Source of the DNA: Acidobacteria bacterium Ga0077534
GTDB lineage: Bacteria > Acidobacteriota > Blastocatellia > Pyrinomonadales > Pyrinomonadaceae
Assembly (NCBI GenBank): GCA_001464455.1
Contig: LNEI01000018.1
Coordinates: 411,343-475,342, forward strand
DNA: 64,000 nt
Direction: 5' to 3'
Each line of letters begins with the position of its first letter. Position 1 is the first letter of the stretch. Below are positions 50,943 to 58,600 of this stretch, piece after piece. Below the pieces are notes generated by a model that worked only from the letters and a program-made list of their open reading frames with translations, ran no database searches and was not told the DNA's origin. A program made the translations under genes and the position numbers.

Positions 50943-52400
50943 CTATTTCCACGTCTTTCGTATAGGATGTGCCTCTGTATTGAACACGACTTTGTTAATA
51001 TCCAGAGTCTTATCCGGAGCGAACAGCAAATAGAAATACTTGAACGTCTCCGCCAGCAGGAAGCTGTGCATATAGTCGGTCTTTTCCTTGGTGACGACGT
51101 CTTTCAGACCCGCGTAGGCGACGTCGTGTCGGCAATGTTTAACAAAATCCTCAAACATCTGCTTACCCATCGCCAGGTATTTCGGATCTTTTGTGAACTG
51201 ATAGAGGATATACGTCGATTCGACTATCTCAGGTCGTAGGGGATAGCCCCCATTGATGACTTTTCCCGCTTTATAATCGTAAACTTCCGGCTCGATGCCG
51301 TGGGCTTGCCACATCTTGAACATCGAGTCCTGCAAAGCCCTCGCACGGTTTAAGTCGCCGTCTAGAGCGAGAACCCCGGGAAAGAATGCATCCAGAGCCC
51401 CGGTGACTGTCGCTGTTCGTCGGCCTGTATTCATGTCGACGCGGCCGTACCAAAGGTCGCCGACTTTCACGCTTCCCGTGCGGCTCGGGTTGATCATGTC
51501 CGTGCCTTCGTCTGCCAGATAAGAATGGACCTTTGATATCGAGTCCTCCCACATGTCGCGGCAATCTTTGTCGCCAAAGAGGATCGAGCATTTCAACAGG
51601 TATTCGTAATACGAATCGATCTCAGCGCTAACGTGGCTCTCAGTCTTGGTCCACTTGCCGGTTTCGACGTCGATGTTCGTCCCGACAAGGCCTATCGGCG
51701 AACGACGTTTGTACGTTTCGACCAATGCCCGTTTTGCTTTGTCGTAATATATCGGCTTATTTGTCAGTTTGCTAAGTGTGCCGAATTCCAGCAGCAGAGT
51801 TCCCGTTTCCGCCGGATTCGAAATGTTTCCGCTCGTTTTGCCGGTTTTGAGATTGACGTATTTGTAAGGCAAACCCGTTGGCGAATCGAACACCGGAAGG
51901 AGGCGTGTTCCAAGATCGTCGGCGAGAGCAAGCAGCTTCTTGTCGTTCGTCATCTGATAGCTCGTGATCAGTCCACCAAGAATGCGAATTACTATCTCGA
52001 AATTCTGTACTGAGATATCCTTATCAAACGAAAGATTCTCGGTGATGTACTTTCGCGTAGCATCTCCTTCCTTCTTAAACCCGAGCATGTAAAGCGAATC
52101 GAGCGAGTCGACAGGCGTCATCAGTATCGACTGCCCGTACCAATCACGACAGGTTTTCGTCAGGGGCTTCAGGTCGTCGCGGCCCCAGCAATACTGCTTG
52201 TAGCCGTTCCACGCATGAAGGAATTCTACTTTCACCTTCTCAGCGAGTTCTTTACGGTCAACGGTCTGAGCGTCCGCCGATACTGAAAAGATGAGCGTGA
52301 CCACCACGGCAACGGCTATCAACAGACCCAGTGCTCGGAAATTATTCTGCATATCCAAGGATATTAACCGGAGTGGCCCGAAAATCGATAATTGGCCCAT
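50943..52400 (-). CDS. glycoside hydrolase family 47 (class I alpha-1,2-mannosidase-like)
   Basis: FLHAWNGYKQYCWGRDDLKP, NFEIVIRILGGLITSYQMT, GTLLLEFGTLSKLT and EVYDY...YPLRPE(I)VES are GH47 blocks as I remember them. The likely true start is MQNNF at 52352, which gives a signal anchor. Confidence 0.75.
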   Translation of the reverse strand: MGQLSIFGPLRLISLDMQNNFRALGLLIAVAVVVTLIFSVSADAQTVDRKELAEKVKVEFLHAWNGYKQYCWGRDDLKPLTKTCRDWYGQSILMTPVDSLDSLYMLGFKKEGDATRKYITENLSFDKDISVQNFEIVIRILGGLITSYQMTNDKKLLALADDLGTRLLPVFDSPTGLPYKYVNLKTGKTSGNISNPAETGTLLLEFGTLSKLTNKPIYYDKAKRALVETYKRRSPIGLVGTNIDVETGKWTKTESHVSAEIDSYYEYLLKCSILFGDKDCRDMWEDSISKVHSYLADEGTDMINPSRTGSVKVGDLWYGRVDMNTGRRTATVTGALDAFFPGVLALDGDLNRARALQDSMFKMWQAHGIEPEVYDYKAGKVINGGYPLRPEIVESTYILYQFTKDPKYLAMGKQMFEDFVKHCRHDVAYAGLKDVVTKEKTDYMHSFLLAETFKYFYLLFAPDKTLDINKVVFNTEAHPIRKTWK

Positions 52401-52423
52401 CAGTTTCTGACTGGGCTTAAAGC

Positions 52424-52482
52424 CACATAGGAACAGAGATCACATAGCATCCAAAAACTATGTTCATCTATGTTCCTATGTG
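52424..52482. promoter_or_regulatory. nested inverted repeat between the M16 peptidase stop and the GH47 start
   Basis: CACATAGGAACA (52424-52435) pairs with TGTTCCTATGTG (52471-52482), a perfect 12 bp. An inner ACATAG/CTATGT pair is present. It could be a terminator of the upstream gene or an operator. Confidence 0.5.
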
Positions 52483-52496
52483 TTAATAAGCGAATC

Positions 52497-55304
52497 CTAC
52501 TTAGTAAGTAAGACCGGATCACCAAACCCGAGTTCCTTCAACCGCGGCAACTGGGTCTTAGCGTCGCCGACGACAAGCCAGTACATTTTGTTCGGATCGA
52601 AGTACTTCGCAGCGATCTCTCTGATACGAGCCACCGTCATATCCTTGACGATCTGCTCACGTCCCTTTACGTAGTCGTACTTCCATCCGTATTTGCTGAT
52701 GTTCTCGAGCATGTTCAGCTTCGCCCCAGCGGTCTCGAAAGCACGAGCATTACTCTTGATAAGAAAACTCTTCGTAGTTTCGAGATCTTTGTCCGAGTAA
52801 TTCTTACCGTAGTTTTCAAGGATGTCCTTGATCAACTGAAGCGATTCGAGCGTTACATTCGCCCTGACGCCGCTGGCGATAGTGAAAGTTCCGCCTGCGG
52901 CCGTGCCGTCAAAATCTGACCCAATACCGTAGGTATACCCTTTACCTTCGCGGAGCTGCTGGGTCAACTGCGACGCAAATCCGCCACCGCCGAGGATGTA
53001 GTTTGCTACGTCCGCCGGATAAAATTCCTTGTCGGTCACCGGGAGTGCCGGATAACCGATGCGTAGGATAGATTGCTTCGCATCAGGAACGTCGTAGAAG
53101 TATACGGTTGGCTTGGTTGGCGGGGCCGGAGCCTTGTAAACAGGTATGGTCACAGACTTTGCCTTCCACTTGCTTTCTATGCCCTTTAACGAACTTGCGA
53201 CCTTCACCTTATCGATCGCTCCGACGACGTGCATCCTGGCAACCGACGGTGAAATTGCCTTAGCGTAGAACGCTTTCAGATCTTCGATCGTGATCGAATT
53301 GACCGAATCGACCGTGCCGAGAATGCTGCGCGAACGCATGTTGTCCTTTCCGTATATCAGCCTGCCAAAGTTGAGTGCGGCGACCGTGTTCGGGTTGGCA
53401 TCCTGCTGACGGATCGAGCTGATGGTACTTTGTTTGATCAGCTCAAATTCCTTAGCGTCCCAGCGCGGTTCGAGTAGGATCTCTTCGACCAAAGCAAGCG
53501 TCGCGTCGTAGTTCTTAGCCAGCGTATTTGCCGTGATCCGAACATCCTCGGTATCCGCAGAAACATTGATCGAGGCACCCAGCTGCTGGATCGCCTCTTC
53601 GAGTTCCTGCGGAGTTCGCTTTGCGGTTCCCTGCGTCATCATGCGTGCCATCATGTTGGCGACGCCGACCTTGTTGATGTCATCCAGGAGCTGGCCGCCA
53701 TCGATCGCGATCTCAAACTGAACAAGCGGCACTTCGCGATTATCTATTCCATATATTCGCAAGCCGTTCGACAGCTTTCCTTCCCATATAGTCGGTATTT
53801 TGACCGCGGGTGTAGGGCCATACGGCGGCTCGACCGTGCGGTCAAAAGTCGACGGGGTCTTCTCATATTTTGCGTCGACTTTCGGATCGACGGCGTCTTC
53901 GGCTCCCTGAACGATCTTCTCCTCAACGACGTCGGCTTTCTTAGAACCTTCGAGAGCAAGCTCGACCTTGCCCTTTGGCACGAAGCTTGTCGCGATAAAA
54001 TTCTTGCCTTTGATGTACTTTCCGTACACGCGGGTCACATCCGCGGGAGTAACAGCCTGAATACTCTTGATGTCGTTCTCGATGCAGCCCGGATCGCCCG
54101 CGAAGATATTGCACTGAGTAAGCTGAACACCCTTGCCGAGAACGCTCGAAAGCGAGTTGTAAAACTGCGTCTCCTGCCCTGCTTTGATTCGGTCGAGGTC
54201 CTTAACGGCGATCCCTTCCTTTTCAAACTTCGCGAAAGCCTCACCTACAGCCGCCGCAACCTCATCGAGGTCCTTGTCTGGAAAAGCCCTGATCGAAAGC
54301 TGAAGCTGACCTGCAAGTTCCGAGGTTCGATTGAACATCCCGGCTCCGGCGGCGAGCTTCTTGTCCTCGACAATAACCTGGTAGAAAGGAGCCCGCTTTC
54401 CGCGTGTCAGGTATTGCGAAAGCACGGCTAGTGCGTACGAATCAGGATGATACTGCTCTACGCTCGGCCACGTCATAGTGAGTTCGGGCAGGCGAGCGAA
54501 ATTGTCCTCGTGATAAAGCTTGACCGTTTCTTTTACGACGCCAGGCCGCTTTTGAAGCGGTGTGATAATTTCGCCACGTTTGATCTCGCTGAAGTATTTC
54601 TCGACCCACTTTTTCGCTTGAGCTGTATCGAAATCGCCCGCGACGGTTAATGTCACGTTATTCGGCACATACCAGCGGCGGAAAAATTCTTTAACATCTT
54701 CCAACGTTGCATTTTGAAGATCTTCAAGCGAGCCGATGACCTGCCAGTTGTACGGATGATCGGCGGGATAAAGGGCCTTGTCGATTACATATGACGTGTG
54801 TCCGTACGGCTGATTGTCGACGCCCTGACGCTTTTCGTTCTTTACGACCTGTTTCTCTTTCGCCAAGACCGGTTCCGTAACAGTATTGATAAACCAGCCG
54901 AGCTTATCCGCTTCGGCCCACAGCATTTTCTCAAGTGCGTCCTTCGGCACGGTCTGGAGATAATTTGTTCGGTCGCGGTTTGTTGAACCATTAGCCCCCG
55001 AACCTCCGATCCGTGCCGTCATCGCATCGAGTCCGCCTTTGCCGAGATTCTCCGATTCGAGAAAAAGGAGATGCTCGAACATGTGAGCAAAGCCCGTTCG
55101 CCCCGTTTTCTCGCGGGCAGAACCGACGTGAGCAGTAAGCGACACAGCAACTACCGGATCACTGCGGTCGACATGAAAGATCACTTCAAGGCCGTTCGGC
55201 AGCGTGAATTTTTCGTACTCGACCTTGAGAGCCGGACCCTGACCAAAACTGAGCGTCGACACGACGGCGACGACTAGCGACATTGAAAATATCTTTTTTA
55301 ACAT
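52497..55304 (-). CDS. M16 (pitrilysin/insulinase) family zinc peptidase, double-length four-domain form
   Basis: 935 aa. Signal peptide, the inverted zinc motif HMFEH (HxxEH), and a second non-catalytic M16 half. Confidence 0.85.
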   Translation of the reverse strand: MLKKIFSMSLVVAVVSTLSFGQGPALKVEYEKFTLPNGLEVIFHVDRSDPVVAVSLTAHVGSAREKTGRTGFAHMFEHLLFLESENLGKGGLDAMTARIGGSGANGSTNRDRTNYLQTVPKDALEKMLWAEADKLGWFINTVTEPVLAKEKQVVKNEKRQGVDNQPYGHTSYVIDKALYPADHPYNWQVIGSLEDLQNATLEDVKEFFRRWYVPNNVTLTVAGDFDTAQAKKWVEKYFSEIKRGEIITPLQKRPGVVKETVKLYHEDNFARLPELTMTWPSVEQYHPDSYALAVLSQYLTRGKRAPFYQVIVEDKKLAAGAGMFNRTSELAGQLQLSIRAFPDKDLDEVAAAVGEAFAKFEKEGIAVKDLDRIKAGQETQFYNSLSSVLGKGVQLTQCNIFAGDPGCIENDIKSIQAVTPADVTRVYGKYIKGKNFIATSFVPKGKVELALEGSKKADVVEEKIVQGAEDAVDPKVDAKYEKTPSTFDRTVEPPYGPTPAVKIPTIWEGKLSNGLRIYGIDNREVPLVQFEIAIDGGQLLDDINKVGVANMMARMMTQGTAKRTPQELEEAIQQLGASINVSADTEDVRITANTLAKNYDATLALVEEILLEPRWDAKEFELIKQSTISSIRQQDANPNTVAALNFGRLIYGKDNMRSRSILGTVDSVNSITIEDLKAFYAKAISPSVARMHVVGAIDKVKVASSLKGIESKWKAKSVTIPVYKAPAPPTKPTVYFYDVPDAKQSILRIGYPALPVTDKEFYPADVANYILGGGGFASQLTQQLREGKGYTYGIGSDFDGTAAGGTFTIASGVRANVTLESLQLIKDILENYGKNYSDKDLETTKSFLIKSNARAFETAGAKLNMLENISKYGWKYDYVKGREQIVKDMTVARIREIAAKYFDPNKMYWLVVGDAKTQLPRLKELGFGDPVLLTK

Positions 55305-55483
55305 ATGGCTTTTCTAAAACAGACGTAGAAAGTTTCAACAGGCATTTACGTTTACCGACGCCGCAATGTTTTGCGGGAAAAAATAATTTCGAACCGGATG
55401 ATGCAATTTTTGATATCTCTACGCACTCTATTGTGGATGGCAGAGATTGCTTTCCTATCTCAATAAGTTAAGGAGTAATAATA

Positions 55484-55606
55484 ATGAAAAACAATAACGA
55501 TCAAAAAGACATCTTGGGCTTCACTCTCATCGAACTGCTCGTAGTGTCCGCAGGTGTCATGGTTCTGATCGGCTTGCTTTTGCCTGCAATTCAGAACGCG
55601 AGGTAG
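55484..55606 (+). CDS. 40-aa prepilin-type N-terminal cleavage/methylation peptide (pilin stub)
   Basis: Too short for the ORF track. AAGGAG lies 8 nt upstream of the ATG. Translation is MKNNNDQKDILGFTLIELLVVSAGVMVLIGLLLPAIQNAR. G/FTLIELLVV is the class III signal peptide with Glu+5, and LLLPAIQNAR mirrors the DUF1559-type LLLPAVQ.AR. A 12-bp terminator hairpin follows. Confidence 0.55.
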   Translation: MKNNNDQKDILGFTLIELLVVSAGVMVLIGLLLPAIQNAR

Positions 55607-55622
55607 GCGGTCGCTAGATAAC

Positions 55623-55652
55623 GCGAGTGGCTTCGTATTCGGAGCCGCTCGC
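55623..55652. terminator. bidirectional stem-loop
   Basis: GCGAGTGGCTTC-gtattc-GGAGCCGCTCGC forms 12 bp, including two G-U pairs. It lies between the pilin-stub stop (55606) and the megasynthase stop (55657). Confidence 0.6.
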
Positions 55653-55656
55653 CTTC

Positions 55657-58600
55657 TTAGTCTTCAATAACCGGCTCCTGCTTTCTCGACCGCCGCCGCT
55701 CGGCTTTCCATTGCTTTCTTAACGCTTCGACATCGAACATTTGACGTGAACCGTCCCGAAGATTCTCAACCTCGTGTTGGACGCGTGCTGCGATCAAACG
55801 ATAAGCTTCCGCATTCGGAACACCCCCGGTCATCTTGCGAAGTTCCTCATGCTCTAGAAATCGTCCGACTTTCGCCCCGACTCTGGCCCCGATACTCGAA
55901 CTCTTCGGGATTATCATCCCTTTTGGAAACGCCTCGTAGGTCCCCCAGATATAGATCGGGAGGATACCGATCTTTTGATTCAGCGCCAAATAGCCAATTA
56001 TCGGCTTGAACTCAGCGATCTGCCCGGATTCCTGACGTCCGCCTTCTGGAAAAATGAGCGCGTTATACCCTTCGTTCAATATCTGCGTTACATGCCGCAG
56101 CGACTGACGCAAACTGCCCGTTCGTTCGATGGGAACGAGAGTAGTAAAGTTGTTCATGTACGCACGTTTGTACTTAGTATCAAACCAGTAATCAGCCGCC
56201 GCAACCGCGACCGTTTGCTCGGCCGCGTCTTTACCAAGAGCGCGTTTCACAAGTCCGGTATCAATGTGCGACGTGTGATTTGGAGCAACAATGAAATTAA
56301 CATGCGGCGGCACGTTGGATTCACCCTCGATCGAGGTCTCGAGCACGCTCGAGTAGAGCGTGTCCTGAGCAAAATCGACGACCGCATTGCCCACCCTGCG
56401 GACAATGCCGGGGACGTAAAGCTCATCTTCTTCCTTCTTTTCTTCGAGCTTCGGCTCGTCGGCAAGTCTTTTGGACTTGTCGATCCGCTGAATGACAGTA
56501 AGGAGTTCGCGAACCGTTTGCACTTCGTTCAAAGTATCCGGCGACAGAACACGCCCGCCGGCATCCTCGATTGCGGCTTGCAACTCGACAAACATTAGCG
56601 AGTCAAACCCGAGATCGGCAAGCTTATCTTCGATAGCGACATCGGATAGAGTTCGGCTCGACACGCTGGCGACGACCTTCCGGATCCAGACGGTATTGTC
56701 GTCGCCTTTCGCCTCGACCTGTGTTTTTGATCTCGATTTGGAACGCTCCTCGAGTGTCTGGATCATCTCGACAACAATCGGACGCTTTACCTTACGCGTC
56801 GCAGTGCGTGGCAACTCGAACGGTGTGACATGCAGGACTTTTACGCGCTTAAAAAACGGTAGCCCGGACGAAACTTCACGGAAATGCGCCTCAACCTTTT
56901 TGTTCGTCTCCGAACGCGTAAACGCAATATCGTGCTCGTAATCCGGCACGACAAGAGCCGCGATCTTCTCGCCCCCGTCCTGATCTTGCAGCCCGACGAC
57001 GCTCATTTCCTTTATGAATCCTGATTTCGAATAAAGATCCTCGATCTCGTCTGGGTAAATGTTCTTTCCATTCGAATCGATGATCACATCTTTCGACCGG
57101 CCGACGATAAAGAGATTTCCATCATCGTCGATCCGACCAAGATCACCCGTTCGAAGCCACCTATCCTGAAGCACTGCCTCGGTCGCGGCTTCGTTATTGA
57201 AGTAGCCGACCATCACATTCTGGCCGCGAGCCAAAACCTCACCGACACCCTTCTCATCCGGTGCATCGATCTTGACCTCGACACCGGGCAGAGGCTTTCC
57301 GACGCTCCCGCGCAATAGCTTATTGCCCGGCCGGGCTACTGTAAGAACCGGCGAGCTTTCGGTCAATCCATACCCCTCAAGCACCGTGAATCCAAGTCCG
57401 TGCAAGTCTTTTTGTACTTTTTCTGACAAAGCAGATCCGCCAGAGATCAGATATCGCATCTTGCCGCCCATGCCCTGATGGATCGGGAAAAAGACGATCG
57501 GGCCGAGGTTGAACGGCGTGTTATCACGTATCCACGCGTTAAATTCGATGACGTTATCAGCAAGATCCGCGATCCAGTCGCCTTTCTCACGAAGTCGCGT
57601 TTTAATCCTGCGGTGCAGCATCTCCCACAAAGCCGGAACTCCAACGAGCCCTGTGACGTGGCTGTTTTCAATAGTCCGGGCGAGGTCTTCGGCCGTCAGT
57701 TCATTCAAATAGGTGATCTGCGTGCCGTTCGAGAAAGGCGTGAGGAAACCCGCCGAAAACTCAAACGTGTGGTGCATCGGAAGCACACTTAGAACACCGT
57801 CGGTAATGTCCATCTCGAGCACCGATGAGAGCATCGAGATCATGTTGACAAAGTTCTTATGGGACAGCATCACCGCCTTCGGCGTACCCGTAGTACCCGA
57901 AGTAAAGATCAGCGACGCGACCGCGTTCGAAGGGATCTTAGCTGGAAGCAAAGCATTCCGCTTCGCCTCCTCCGTCTCCGACTGCATCTCGAAAATTTCG
58001 TCGAAAGTCCAGACGACTGGAGCCGAACTCCCCTCCTTGGATAAGGAGGGGTGGCCGCCGCCCTGGGCGGACGGGGTGGTTTGAAATGCCGCGGACAATC
58101 TCGAAGCAAGTTCAGGATTTTCCACTGCCAGTTTCGGCGAAATCACCACCGCAGAAGCCTCGCCCGCTTTAGCAAACGCAATGATCTCATCCACCGTCGA
58201 AGCGGGATCGATCGGTATCGCGGTCGCTCCGGCTTTCAGGATGCCAAAATACGTCATGCCCCATTCAGGCATGTTGTTTGAAAACAAGATCACACGTTCC
58301 CCGGTCGCGATACCATTCTTCGCAAAAAATCCGGCCGCTCGATAGGTCAATTCTCGAACATCTTCGTACGTGTACTGCTCTTTTCTGCCTTCACGCTCGA
58401 TCCGCATCGCGACGCGAGTCGGAAAACGCTTGACCGAGGTTTCGAAGAGATCATTTAGGTCTTTGTATGTGTAGGCCCGTTTCTCGACCCCCTTGAGCTC
58501 TTCTTCGAGAGCGGGTAAAACCCATTTCCGCATGCCCGGAAAATGTACGTTCAACCAGTAGTCGTACCAGTCCAGCCGCTCGGGATACCAAGGCAGGAGA

